A stretch of 45,775 bases of DNA from a virus (lineage: Duplodnaviria; Caudoviricetes). How positions within the stretch are numbered: position 1 is the first letter of the stretch; every line of letters begins with the position of its first letter. The DNA is taken from positions 1 to 45,775 of the IMG/VR virus record IMGVR_UViG_3300017766_002962. The stretch is one strand, 5' to 3'. A program made the translations under genes and the position numbers. Below, piece after piece: positions 15,307-25,174 of the stretch. A model generated the notes under the pieces. The model was not told the origin of the DNA and did not search any database. It saw nothing but the letters and a program-made list of their open reading frames with translations.

Positions 15307-17853
15307 GTGGCTCGCGCATACCCCATCCAGACGGCGTTCAACGCGGGAGAATTCTCGCCGTTGATGTACGCCCGTGTCGATGTGGACAAGTACAAGCGCG
15401 CGCTGCGCGTGTGCATCAACGGGCTGCCCTTGGTGCAAGGGGGCTGGACGCGCCGCCCGGGCGAGTATCACGTGGCGCCCACCAAAGCGAACGGCGTGGC
15501 GCGGTTGCTCCGGTTCGAGTTCTCCACGACCCAGGCCTACATCATTGAGCTCGGGGCGCTGTATGCGCGGTTTTACAAGGACCACGCGGCGATCACCGAA
15601 ACGTCCACCCTGACCATCACCAACGTCACGCAGGGAAATCCCGGGGTGTTGACGTACACCGGCACCGACCCGGCGAACGGTGACGACTTTGAGTTGTCGG
15701 GCATTGTCGGCATGACGCAGTTGAACGGCCGGCGCGTGACCGTGGCCAACGTCAACGCGGGTGCCAACACGTTCGAACTCAAGGATCCGGACGGCACGAC
15801 CAACATCAACACCTCGGCGTACATCGCCTATTCGAGCGGCGGCGTGGCGGCCAAGGTGTACACGCTGACCACGACCTACGCCTCGGCGGACGTGTTCCAG
15901 ATCAAGGCAGCGCAAAGCGCCGACACGGTGTATCTCGCGCACCCGTCCTACCCGCCCAAGAAGATGACGCGCACGGCCCACAACGCCTGGACGATCACCA
16001 CCATCGCATTTCAGGACGGCCCGTACCTGCCTGTCAATGCCACGGCGACCACGTTCACGCTGTCTGGCACAACGGGGAGCGTTACGGTGACGGCGAGCGC
16101 CAACACCTTTGCCTCCACCGATGTCGGCCGCCTGATCCGCTGGAAAGACCCGGCGGGGAACTGGACGTGGCTGACCATCACCGCATACACCAACGCGACC
16201 ACGGTGACGGCCACCATTTCCGGCCCCAATGCGTCTGCAGGTACGGCCACTGTCAACTGGCGCCTTGGCGTGTGGAGCGACACCACTGGTTACCCCGGCG
16301 CGGTGTGCTTCAACGAGGACCGCCTGTGCTTTGGCGGGGCGACGAACTACCCGCAGCGCATCGACATGAGCAATTCCTCCGAGTACGAGAACTTCGCCCC
16401 GAGCAATGCGGCCGGCACGGTGGGCGAATCGAATGCGATAGCAGTCACGCTCAACGCGAGTGACGTGAACGTGATCCGCTGGCTGCAGGACGACGAGAAG
16501 GGCCTGCTGGTTGGCACCGTCGGCGGCGAGTGGATTGTGCGCCCGGCCACGACCAGCGAAGCCTTGTCACCCACCAACATCAAAGCGAGCCGCAGCACCA
16601 CCTACGGCAGCGCCAACGTGCAACCGTTGAAAGCTGGCAAGGCGACCCTGTACTTGCAGCGGGCCGGGCGGAAACTGCGCGAACTCGCCTACGTGTTCGA
16701 GGTTGACGGGTTCCGCTCGCCTGACATGACGACGCTTGCCGAGCACATCACCTTGGGCGGCCTGGTGCAACTGGCCTTCCAGCAGGAAACGCAGGCAATC
16801 GTGTGGGCGCCGCGCACGGACGGCGTGCTCACGGGCTTCACCTACGAGCGGGAGCAGGAAGTGCTCGGCTGGCACCGGCACCGTTTCGGCGGCTCTTACA
16901 ACGCGGCCGGCACGCTGCCCGCGCGCGTGGAGTCCGTGGCCTGCATCCCGGCGCCCGACGGCACCCGGGACGAAGCCTGGACGATCACGAACCGCTACAT
17001 CAACGGCGGTCAGCGGCGCTATGTCGGCTACCTGACCAAGCCGTGGGAGCGTGGCGACAACCAGCAAGACGCCTTCCACGTCGATTCGGGCCTGACGCTC
17101 AACAACACGGTGGCCGCAACGCTCACGCCGGGCACCGGGGCGACGGTAGCAGACACGACGGGCGTGACCTTCACGGCAGGCAGTTCGGTATTCGTATCTG
17201 GCGACGTGAACCGTTACATCCACTACGACTACGACACCATCGACGGAGAGGGGGTGATCACGCACAACCGGGCGTCGGCGCGCATCACAGGGTACACGTC
17301 TGGAACTGTCGTCACGGCGACAATCCTGTCTGCCTGGCCGAGCCTGACCGCGATTGCTTCGGCCGGCTGGCGCATGACCGTGACCAGCGTTTCCGGCCTG
17401 TGGCATCTCGAGGGGCAGACGGTGAAGGTGTTTGGTGACGGCGCGACGCAGCCTGACAAGACGGTGGCGAGCGGCGCCATCACCCTCACCTACCCGGCGA
17501 GCAAGGTGGCGGTGGGCCTTGGCTACAACAGCGATGCGCAGATGATGAGGCTGGAAGCGGGCTCGCAGAACGGCACCTCCCAAGGAAAAATCCGCCGCGT
17601 TGATCAGGTGACGTTCCGCTTTCACGACAGCCTGGGCATCAAGATCGGTCCGAGCTTTAACAGCCTTACGGAAAAGACGTTTCGCACGTCGAGCGACCCG
17701 GCAGGCGTGGCGCCCCCGTTGTACTCGGGCGATTTTGTGTGGGAGTGGGCGGGCGACTATGACCGGGATGGGTTCATCTCCTGGCGCTGTGACACGCCCG
17801 AGCCCTGCACCATTCTTGGCGTCATGCCGCGGTTGACGGTGAGCGAGGGGTGA
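15307..17853 (+). CDS. Tail tubular protein B (nozzle) with an E1-FCCH-like insertion
   Basis: F.AGE.SP, G...RRPG, YPGAVCF.EDRL.FGG and GWHRH motifs; ITNVTQGNPGV...GMTQLNG FCCH-like module. Confidence 0.9.
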   Translation: MARAYPIQTAFNAGEFSPLMYARVDVDKYKRALRVCINGLPLVQGGWTRRPGEYHVAPTKANGVARLLRFEFSTTQAYIIELGALYARFYKDHAAITETSTLTITNVTQGNPGVLTYTGTDPANGDDFELSGIVGMTQLNGRRVTVANVNAGANTFELKDPDGTTNINTSAYIAYSSGGVAAKVYTLTTTYASADVFQIKAAQSADTVYLAHPSYPPKKMTRTAHNAWTITTIAFQDGPYLPVNATATTFTLSGTTGSVTVTASANTFASTDVGRLIRWKDPAGNWTWLTITAYTNATTVTATISGPNASAGTATVNWRLGVWSDTTGYPGAVCFNEDRLCFGGATNYPQRIDMSNSSEYENFAPSNAAGTVGESNAIAVTLNASDVNVIRWLQDDEKGLLVGTVGGEWIVRPATTSEALSPTNIKASRSTTYGSANVQPLKAGKATLYLQRAGRKLRELAYVFEVDGFRSPDMTTLAEHITLGGLVQLAFQQETQAIVWAPRTDGVLTGFTYEREQEVLGWHRHRFGGSYNAAGTLPARVESVACIPAPDGTRDEAWTITNRYINGGQRRYVGYLTKPWERGDNQQDAFHVDSGLTLNNTVAATLTPGTGATVADTTGVTFTAGSSVFVSGDVNRYIHYDYDTIDGEGVITHNRASARITGYTSGTVVTATILSAWPSLTAIASAGWRMTVTSVSGLWHLEGQTVKVFGDGATQPDKTVASGAITLTYPASKVAVGLGYNSDAQMMRLEAGSQNGTSQGKIRRVDQVTFRFHDSLGIKIGPSFNSLTEKTFRTSSDPAGVAPPLYSGDFVWEWAGDYDRDGFISWRCDTPEPCTILGVMPRLTVSEG

Positions 17854-18281
17854 GAATCGTGCCTTTTAAAGTTGAACACGCCCACCAAATTGCGCTGCAA
17901 AAGGCGCAGGCCGACATGCGCGAACTGATCGACGTGAACGCATTGCAGTCGCGTGAAGGCTCGATGGCGTACACGGCGCTCGAAGGCGACGAGGTGCTGG
18001 CTTGCGGCGGGATCATCGACGTGTGGCCGGGGCGCGGATTGGGCTGGATGTTTCTTTCGCAAAATGCCGGCCGGCGCATGTTGTCGATCACGCGCGCGGT
18101 GAAGCGGGCGATTGAGGCGTACCCGCTGCGCCGGATCGAGATTACGGTGGACGATGGGTTCGAGAACGGGCACCAGTGGGCGCGCATGTTGGGCTTTCGG
18201 CTGGAAACCCCGGAGCCGATGAAAGGGTACATGCCCGACGGGCGTGCCGCGTTTCAATACGCACTGACTTTGGAGCACTGA
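17850..18281 (+). CDS. GNAT-fold protein (T7 gp13/internal virion protein A position)
   Basis: LACGGI...W...RRIEITV...WARMLGF.LE pattern. Confidence 0.75.
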   Translation: MRIVPFKVEHAHQIALQKAQADMRELIDVNALQSREGSMAYTALEGDEVLACGGIIDVWPGRGLGWMFLSQNAGRRMLSITRAVKRAIEAYPLRRIEITVDDGFENGHQWARMLGFRLETPEPMKGYMPDGRAAFQYALTLEH

Positions 18282-18282
18282 C

Positions 18283-18825
18283 ATGGCAGCAGCCGCCGCA
18301 GCCCTACCATATTTGCAAGCCATCGGCACGGTAATGTCCGTGGTTGGCGCTCTCAATTCCAGCAGGAGCGAGGCGTCAGCTTCCAATTACAACGCCCAAG
18401 TGAGCGAGCAGAACGCAGCGACAGCCCGCGCGCAAGGCACTGCCGATGCTACGCAGCAAGCGCGCAACAACTACCTGCGCATCTCCGGTATCCGTGCGGG
18501 CTATGGCGCCAGTGGCGTATCGAGCGCCGAGGGTTCGCCCCTGGACATACTGGCGTCGAGCGTGGAGCAGGCGAAATTGGACGAGCAGAACATCCTCTAT
18601 AACGCGGAATTGCGCGCCACCGGCTACGACAACAACGCCACGCTGGACCGTTCGCGCGCGTCGTCGTCCTCAAGCGGCGGACTTTACAAGGCGGCGTCGG
18701 CGGGATTGGTCGGTGGCACCAAGGCCTATGACATGTTCCGCGGCACGGGCTCGACCATCAAGACGGATACCGGGTTTGGCTCAGGTAGCGGGTATGGTAA
18801 TCAAGACCTCGGGGTGAACTTCTAA
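18283..18825 (+). CDS. Internal virion (ejection) protein B-like
   Basis: Ala/Ser/Gly-rich; RAGYGASGV...GSPLD motif. Confidence 0.8.
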   Translation: MAAAAAALPYLQAIGTVMSVVGALNSSRSEASASNYNAQVSEQNAATARAQGTADATQQARNNYLRISGIRAGYGASGVSSAEGSPLDILASSVEQAKLDEQNILYNAELRATGYDNNATLDRSRASSSSSGGLYKAASAGLVGGTKAYDMFRGTGSTIKTDTGFGSGSGYGNQDLGVNF

Positions 18826-20417
18826 TGCCAAAAATTCGGCAACTGATAGCGGAAACATCGGCTGGCGGCACCGCGCCGTCGCGCATGGCGGGCGAGGCGG
18901 ACTTCGCCTCCGGCCTTGGCAACGACGGCATCGGCGTGCTCGGCGCCGGCGTGCAGCGTTCGGCCGGGATGCTTGAGGAAATGGTCACGCGCGATGACGT
19001 GGCCAACGTGCGGCAGGCGATGGCCAAGGCGCGCGCGGACTGGACCGTGGCATTCCAGCAGCGGGCGAACGAAGCCAAACCCGGCGATCCGACGTTCGCC
19101 GCCAAGTTCAATCAGGACTTCCAGGACTACGTGCAAAAGGGTCGTGACGTAGCAACGACGGTTGCCGGCCAACGCACCTACGACTCCCTGGCGGCGGAAA
19201 TAGGCGGGCACTTTTCCGAGAAGGCGGGGCTGTTCCAGATCGCCTCCGCTGGCGAGAAGGCAAAGATCGATTTCCAGAAAGAGGCGAACAGCTACGGCAA
19301 CGCCCTGCTGTCGGACCCCACGCAATACCAGGCGGTGTTGAAGCAAGCCCTCGACGGCCTGAACGACCCGCAGGGTGCCTATGCCAACATCCCGGCGGCA
19401 GCGCGCGAGAAGCTGGCCCTTGGCATGACGCAGCACCTCACGAAAAACTACTTCCAAGGTCTCATCAACAATGGCGCCCCGGAGCTCGCCAAGAAGCAAC
19501 TGATGGACGGCAAGATGGACGCAGGGCTGACGCCAGAGGACAAGGAATCGCTGATCAAGTCCTCTGACGTGGGCATCCGGGCGAAGGACACGGCGGCCGA
19601 GCGCCAGCGCATGATGGACGAGCGGGCGCGCAAAGACGCGGTGGAAGCGGGCATGAACAGCTTTCTCACGCGCATCGTGTCGCCGTCCAAGGACAGCCCG
19701 ATGCCGAGCGACAAGGAAATCCTCGCCTCTGATTTGCTCGACTCGGCACACAAGCAGCACCTCATCGACTACAAGATGCGCCGCGCGCGCGAACTGGCGG
19801 CCAATCACGAGGCGCGCACCAACCCGGGCGAGGTGCGCAAACTCATGCTCGGTATTCATGCGGCGAGCAACGACCCGACCAAGACGTACAACGACGATGC
19901 CGTGATGGCTTCGTATCGCGCCGGAAAAATATCCACGAACGAAATGACGTTCCTGCGCCGCGAAGTGTTTGACATGAAAAACGGCGCCACGCAGGGCTTT
20001 GCCAAGGACGTGGCGCAGGCGAACAACCTGGTGCATACAACGTTCACGCGCAGCATCGAGGGGTCGGTGCAGCCGGAGATGGCCGTGGATGCCGCGTACC
20101 GATTCCAGATGGATTTGCAGGCCAAGATCGAAGCCAAACGCAAGGCCAACGAGGATCCGCGCGTGCTGCTGGACCCCACTTCCAAGGAGTACGCTCTGTC
20201 GCCGGGCCTGCTCCGGTCCTACCTGACGCCGCTGCGCTCGAGCGTGGCTGGCGCCGCGGCACGGAAAGCCGCCGGCGCTCCGGAAGATACCGGCTCGCGC
20301 GAATCGGCCGGGCGCATCAACGGGGGCGGCGGCACTGCGCCGACCTACCCAGAGGCCATCAACCCCAAGACGGGTGAGCGCCAAATTTACAAGGACGGTA
20401 AATGGCAGAAACCCTAA
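18825..20417 (+). CDS. Internal virion (ejection) protein C-like
   Basis: 530-aa helical protein beginning MPKI; synteny. Confidence 0.75.
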   Translation: MPKIRQLIAETSAGGTAPSRMAGEADFASGLGNDGIGVLGAGVQRSAGMLEEMVTRDDVANVRQAMAKARADWTVAFQQRANEAKPGDPTFAAKFNQDFQDYVQKGRDVATTVAGQRTYDSLAAEIGGHFSEKAGLFQIASAGEKAKIDFQKEANSYGNALLSDPTQYQAVLKQALDGLNDPQGAYANIPAAAREKLALGMTQHLTKNYFQGLINNGAPELAKKQLMDGKMDAGLTPEDKESLIKSSDVGIRAKDTAAERQRMMDERARKDAVEAGMNSFLTRIVSPSKDSPMPSDKEILASDLLDSAHKQHLIDYKMRRARELAANHEARTNPGEVRKLMLGIHAASNDPTKTYNDDAVMASYRAGKISTNEMTFLRREVFDMKNGATQGFAKDVAQANNLVHTTFTRSIEGSVQPEMAVDAAYRFQMDLQAKIEAKRKANEDPRVLLDPTSKEYALSPGLLRSYLTPLRSSVAGAAARKAAGAPEDTGSRESAGRINGGGGTAPTYPEAINPKTGERQIYKDGKWQKP

Positions 20418-23400
20418 TCCCCCCGCCGCCGGAAGGCTTTACCCTGGTCGGGGCGAACAACATCCCGCCGCCCCCGCCCGGGTTTGAGTTTCAGGAGCGA
20501 CGCTCGCAGCCGAGGGTCGCGCGCGGCATTTCCGAGGCGTTCACTGCGGGCTATCAGGGTTCGATTGCCGGGCTGGTTGATCGGGGCCGGATGCCTGACA
20601 TCGTGCTCGACCCGGAGCATTCGCGCTGGTACGAGAAACTGGCGGCATCGGCAAGTCAGATGTTCAACGAAGCGCCTGAGATGGTGGCCGGGGCTGTCGT
20701 CGGCGGCGCGGCAGGGACGCCGGCAGGCCCGTTTGGCACCATTGTTGGCGCTGGCGTGGGCTCGATGGCGGTGCCGGCGGCGATCCGGGAGTCGCTGATT
20801 CAGGCGTACAGCAAGGGCGCGGTGACGAGCTCGGGGGATTTTCTCAACCGCACCGGCATCGTCATCAAGCAGACGGCCAAGGAAGGTGCGATTGGCGGAC
20901 TGTCCATGGGCGCGGGCGTTGTGGCCGGGCGCCTGGTCGGCGGGGCGGTGTTCGCCAGCGGGGCCGGCGCGCAGGCGACGATGCGGGCAACCACCGCCGC
21001 AGGCTTGACGGCGGAAATCGGCACCATGGTGGTGGCGCCTGCGGCGCTTGAGGGTCGCCTCCCCGAGCCTGAGGACTTCACCAACGCCGCGCTCCTGGTG
21101 GCCGGCATGAAGGGCGCGACGATGGCGGCCGGCAAGCTGCGGTCGATCTATGCGCGGACAGGGGTGCCGCCCGAGCAAGTGGCGGGCGAGGCGATGCGCG
21201 ACCCCGGACTGGCTGCGGAATTGAGTGGTAAAGCGGCGGAACTCCCGCCTGTCGCGGACGGTATGGTGCGCCTGTGGCGCGGGGAGCGCCCCGATGGCAA
21301 AGGCATGGTCGGATTCACGGCTATATCTGACTTTGCGGGTATCAAAGAAAAAGGGCTTTTCTTTGCGCAGGACCGCGCGGCCATTGAAACGGAACTCCGG
21401 GGGCGGCATGGGGAAGCCGGGCGGCTGGTGTACGTTGACGTGCCGAAAACGGAGGTGGAAAGCTACCGTTCTGGCAACCTTGGCGCTGACGACATTCTGC
21501 CAAATTACGTCATCCCGGACCGGATCGCAGCGAATAGGCAGTTGGTGGGTGGGCGCACAGAACTTCCGCTCGCCTACGAAAAACTTGCGGCCGAGGAAAA
21601 CGCCCGACAGGCGTTGCCGGAGCCGAGCGCGCGTGCCGAGGCGTTTGTGGAATCGCCGTTCGCGGAAATCCCGCAAGCCCCCGGCACGCCCAAACTGAAG
21701 CTGAACGTCAACTACGACTACATCAGCAACCCCGCCGACATCGGCCCCATACTCGCCCGTGCCAGTCAGTTGTACGGCGACCAGATCATTGCGCAAACCC
21801 GTGGCGAAGTCGGTTGGCGGCAGACGGAAGTGGAGGCGCAGCAGCGCCTTGCATCCCTCACCGGCGCCGGCGACATGGCGTTGCTCAACGCGCGCGAGCC
21901 CGGAACGGCAGCCAACGCCGTGGAACTGTCCCTGCGCACGTCGCTCATGGAGGGGGCGGTGGCTGATTTCGCCGCCAAGTCCCGGGCCTACGATCCGTTG
22001 ACGGCCGGGCCGCTGCAAAAAGCCGAACTCGCCGCTGCCGCCGAGCGCGTAGCCATGATGTCCGCCAACTTCCAGGGGGCTGCCGCGGAAGCCGGCCGCG
22101 CGCTCAACATCCTGAAAAACGCCCGCCGCGGCGAGGCGACGGCGAAGCAGGTAAAAGAGTTGCTGGATACCTACGGCAAGGACGGCATCGACATGATCGC
22201 CAAAGCTGCCAAGGAACTCGACACGCCAGAGGGGGCGGCTGCGTTTGCCCGCAAGGTGACGGAGGCGACGACGTGGCAGAAGTACGTCGAGGCGCTGAAA
22301 TCGGGCCTCGTTTCTGGCCCCTTCACGCAAGCGGCGAACATCTTGGGTAATGCCACCAGCATGGTCACGCGCCCGGTCATCGACTTGGTGGCGAGCGCGA
22401 ACGTAATGGCCAAACCCGGCGAGAAGGTTTCGGTGATGGAACCTTTTGCCCGGATGCAGGGCAACCTCAACGGCTTTCTGGAAACGGTGAAAATCGCACA
22501 GGTGTTCACGTCCGAGAACTGGCGCACCCCGATGGAGGCGCTGCGCAAACTCGATACCGGCGTGGACGTGAAGCGCGCGGAGCAGCAACGCAAGGCCATC
22601 AAAGGCGATACCGGCGTCATCGTGCGCGTGCCGTTTGTAGGTCTTGGCCTCATGGATTCCATGTTCCGCACCATGTCCGAACGCGGCGAGGCGTATGCCC
22701 TTGCCACGCGGCAGGCGGCCAAAGAGGGCTTGACACCCGGCACGCGCGAGCACAGCGAGTTCGTGGCGCAGCGCGCGATGAACCCGACCAAGGAAATGCA
22801 GGCCGAGATGGAAACGGCGGGCCTGCGCGGTACGTTCAGCGCCGACCTTGGCGAGTTCGGGCAGACGGCGCAACGCGCCATCACCCTGGCTCACGCCGAG
22901 GTGCTGATCCCCTTCGTCAAGACCCCGGCGAACATCCTCAAGGAAATGACGCGCATGACGCCGTTTGCCCCCTTGGTAGCCGAATGGCGGGCAGACGTGG
23001 CCAAGGGTGGCGCCGCACGCGACAAGGCCCTGGCAGAAGTGGCGACCGGCTCGGCCATGATGGGCGCGGTGGCGGGCCTTGCTCTCTCAGGTCACTTCTC
23101 TGGCGCCGGCGACCCGGACCCGTCCAAACGCCGCGTGCAACTCGCCGCCGGCTGGCAGCCGTACAGTGTCAAGATCGGCGACAAGTGGTATTCCTACCAA
23201 CGCCTGCAGCCCGTCGGCACCCTGATTGGCATGGCCGCGGACGTGGCCGAGGTGTGGCAGCACATGACCCCGGAGGAATCGGACAAGGTGCCCAAGATGA
23301 TGGCCGTGGCCTTTGCCAACGCCATCACGAACCAAACCATGTTGCAGGGCCTCACGTCGATCATTCGTGCCATCACGGAGCCTGGCAGCTTCGGCGCCAA

Positions 23401-23977
23401 ATTCGCACAGAACTTGGTGGCGATGAACGTGCCCGGCATCCTGGCGCAGTCGGCGTCCATGTCTGACCCGCTGATGAGGGACATCAACTCGATCAAGGAC
23501 GCCGTGCAGAACCGGGTGCCGGGATGGCGCGAGCAGTTGATTGCGCAGCGGGACGTGTTCGGTGAGCAAATCCAGAACAAGGAGCGGGTCGGGTTCCTGT
23601 CGCCCATCACCGTCACCACGGAGTCGAACGACCCGGTGCGAAAAGAGGCCGCGCGCCTCAAGTTCGGCGTCGGCAAGGCCCCGGAAGAAATCATCCTGCC
23701 CGCCGCGCGCGACCGCAAGCTCGGAGAAGTGAAACTGACCCCGGAGCAGCAGGACATTTTCGCGGACAAGTCCGGCAAGCTCGCCTACGAACTCCTGCAA
23801 CCCATGGTCAACTCCCCGTTTTGGGCCGAGAAGCCCGACATGGTCAAGCGCCGCACCTATGAGGTTGTTTTTGAACGCGCGCGGGCGGTTGGTCGGGCGG
23901 CCGCCCTGACGCCTGACCAGCGGTATCAGGAGATGGTACGGATCCAGACCGAAATTGACAAACGGCTTGCCAAGTAA
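20402..23977 (+). CDS. Large internal virion (ejection) protein D-like, polyvalent type, with an ART-like insertion
   Basis: 1191 aa; PFVKTP.NI and GWQPYSVKIGDKWYSYQRL.P motifs; synteny. Confidence 0.8.
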   Translation: MAETLIPPPPEGFTLVGANNIPPPPPGFEFQERRSQPRVARGISEAFTAGYQGSIAGLVDRGRMPDIVLDPEHSRWYEKLAASASQMFNEAPEMVAGAVVGGAAGTPAGPFGTIVGAGVGSMAVPAAIRESLIQAYSKGAVTSSGDFLNRTGIVIKQTAKEGAIGGLSMGAGVVAGRLVGGAVFASGAGAQATMRATTAAGLTAEIGTMVVAPAALEGRLPEPEDFTNAALLVAGMKGATMAAGKLRSIYARTGVPPEQVAGEAMRDPGLAAELSGKAAELPPVADGMVRLWRGERPDGKGMVGFTAISDFAGIKEKGLFFAQDRAAIETELRGRHGEAGRLVYVDVPKTEVESYRSGNLGADDILPNYVIPDRIAANRQLVGGRTELPLAYEKLAAEENARQALPEPSARAEAFVESPFAEIPQAPGTPKLKLNVNYDYISNPADIGPILARASQLYGDQIIAQTRGEVGWRQTEVEAQQRLASLTGAGDMALLNAREPGTAANAVELSLRTSLMEGAVADFAAKSRAYDPLTAGPLQKAELAAAAERVAMMSANFQGAAAEAGRALNILKNARRGEATAKQVKELLDTYGKDGIDMIAKAAKELDTPEGAAAFARKVTEATTWQKYVEALKSGLVSGPFTQAANILGNATSMVTRPVIDLVASANVMAKPGEKVSVMEPFARMQGNLNGFLETVKIAQVFTSENWRTPMEALRKLDTGVDVKRAEQQRKAIKGDTGVIVRVPFVGLGLMDSMFRTMSERGEAYALATRQAAKEGLTPGTREHSEFVAQRAMNPTKEMQAEMETAGLRGTFSADLGEFGQTAQRAITLAHAEVLIPFVKTPANILKEMTRMTPFAPLVAEWRADVAKGGAARDKALAEVATGSAMMGAVAGLALSGHFSGAGDPDPSKRRVQLAAGWQPYSVKIGDKWYSYQRLQPVGTLIGMAADVAEVWQHMTPEESDKVPKMMAVAFANAITNQTMLQGLTSIIRAITEPGSFGAKFAQNLVAMNVPGILAQSASMSDPLMRDINSIKDAVQNRVPGWREQLIAQRDVFGEQIQNKERVGFLSPITVTTESNDPVRKEAARLKFGVGKAPEEIILPAARDRKLGEVKLTPEQQDIFADKSGKLAYELLQPMVNSPFWAEKPDMVKRRTYEVVFERARAVGRAAALTPDQRYQEMVRIQTEIDKRLAK

Positions 23978-23978
23978 A

Positions 23979-24007
23979 TTGCGAAATTCGCACCATAATG
24001 GGATAAT
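23979..24007 (+). promoter_or_regulatory. Tail-fibre promoter with a perfect operator over the -35
   Basis: TTGCGA (23979-23984)-17-GATAAT (24002-24007) with a TG extension; TGCGA-AAT-TCGCA at 23980-23992. Confidence 0.65.
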
Positions 24008-24013
24008 GCCAAA

Positions 24014-25165
24014 ATGACCATTTCAGCCCAAACCAACCGCAGGAGCTTCACCGGATCAGGCACCTCCGGTCCGTTCTCGTACCCCTACGCCTTGATGGCG
24101 AAGGCGGATTTGGTCGTGCAAAAGGTGGTCAACGCAACTGGCGTGGCCACCACCCTGACCCTTGACACCGATTACACCTTGGCTGGCACGGCGGATTCGG
24201 TCGGCCGCTACCCGTCGGGTGTCGATATTACGACGAGTGCTGTGGTGGCGTCCGGGTACACGCTGATCGCCTACGGCGACCCCTCGCTGACGCAGGGCCT
24301 CGATCTGGTGGAGAACGACCCGCTGCCGGTGGAGGAAATAGAGAAGGCGCTGGACCGCCTGACGCTCATTGCCCGGCGCCTGAAAGACCGGCTGGACCGC
24401 TCGCTGGTGCTGTCCGATTCCGATACCTCGAGCGCCACCCTGACGCTGCCAACGCCCGTGGCGGGCGAACTCCTTGGCTGGAACTCCGCGGCCAATGCGC
24501 TGACAAGCTACTCGGCTGCGGACGTTGACCTCACACTGGTGTCGGCGTTTATCGCCACGTTGCTTGACGACGCCGACGCCGCTGCTGCGCGCACAACGCT
24601 CGGGGCTATGCAGCAGGTGCTCACGACCCGGGGCGACTTGGTGCGGGGTGGCGCTTCTGGCGTGCCCGAGCGGGTAGCCCTCGGCACAAACGGGCAAGTT
24701 CTCACGTCAAACGGAACCGATGCGGCATGGGCTACTCCGAGCGCCGTGCCGACTGCCGCGACATCGGCCGAAGTCAAGACAGGCACCAACTCCACGAAGT
24801 TCATCGCTCCGGACGCGCTACTCGCCGGCATTGGATTTTCTGCGTGCTATGTCAGCGCCGCGCAGTCCACCTCGGCGGGGGGCACGGTTACGTTGGCTCA
24901 CGGCCTTGGCCGGTCGCCGGTTGCCATTTTCCTCAAGCACATCTGCACCAGCGCGGATTTAAGTTACTCAGTCAACGACGCGATTCTCACGGCGGTGTAC
25001 GCGGACACCAACAACTACGGCATCTCACCGAAAGTGGATGCGACGAACATCACTATCCGGTGGGCATCGGGCACCAACCAGTTTTCTGCGAACAACGCAT
25101 CGTCCGGTGGCGTTACAGGGATGGACCGCACCAAGTGGACCACCACTATTATTGCCTTCGCATAG
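24014..25165 (+). CDS. Tail fibre / receptor-binding protein
   Basis: T7 gp17-like N-terminal anchor (FTGSGTSGPFSYPY...LTLDTDYT...ALDRLT); LLDDADAAAARTTLG and LTTRGDL...GQVL repeats. Confidence 0.85.
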   Translation: MTISAQTNRRSFTGSGTSGPFSYPYALMAKADLVVQKVVNATGVATTLTLDTDYTLAGTADSVGRYPSGVDITTSAVVASGYTLIAYGDPSLTQGLDLVENDPLPVEEIEKALDRLTLIARRLKDRLDRSLVLSDSDTSSATLTLPTPVAGELLGWNSAANALTSYSAADVDLTLVSAFIATLLDDADAAAARTTLGAMQQVLTTRGDLVRGGASGVPERVALGTNGQVLTSNGTDAAWATPSAVPTAATSAEVKTGTNSTKFIAPDALLAGIGFSACYVSAAQSTSAGGTVTLAHGLGRSPVAIFLKHICTSADLSYSVNDAILTAVYADTNNYGISPKVDATNITIRWASGTNQFSANNASSGGVTGMDRTKWTTTIIAFA

Positions 25166-25174
25166 GAGATAGCC

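Noticed and set aside
20402-20417. Programmed frameshift fusing ejection proteins C and D at AAA CCC TAA
   Set aside because: The heptamer is not in X XXY YYZ phase for gene C, the +1 frame closes quickly, and gene D has its own ATG
9483-22894. Long antisense ORFs (e.g. 9483-10934, 18822-20384, 20414-22894)
   Set aside because: Shadow frames of GC-rich genes with strong codon bias; no motifs or RBS
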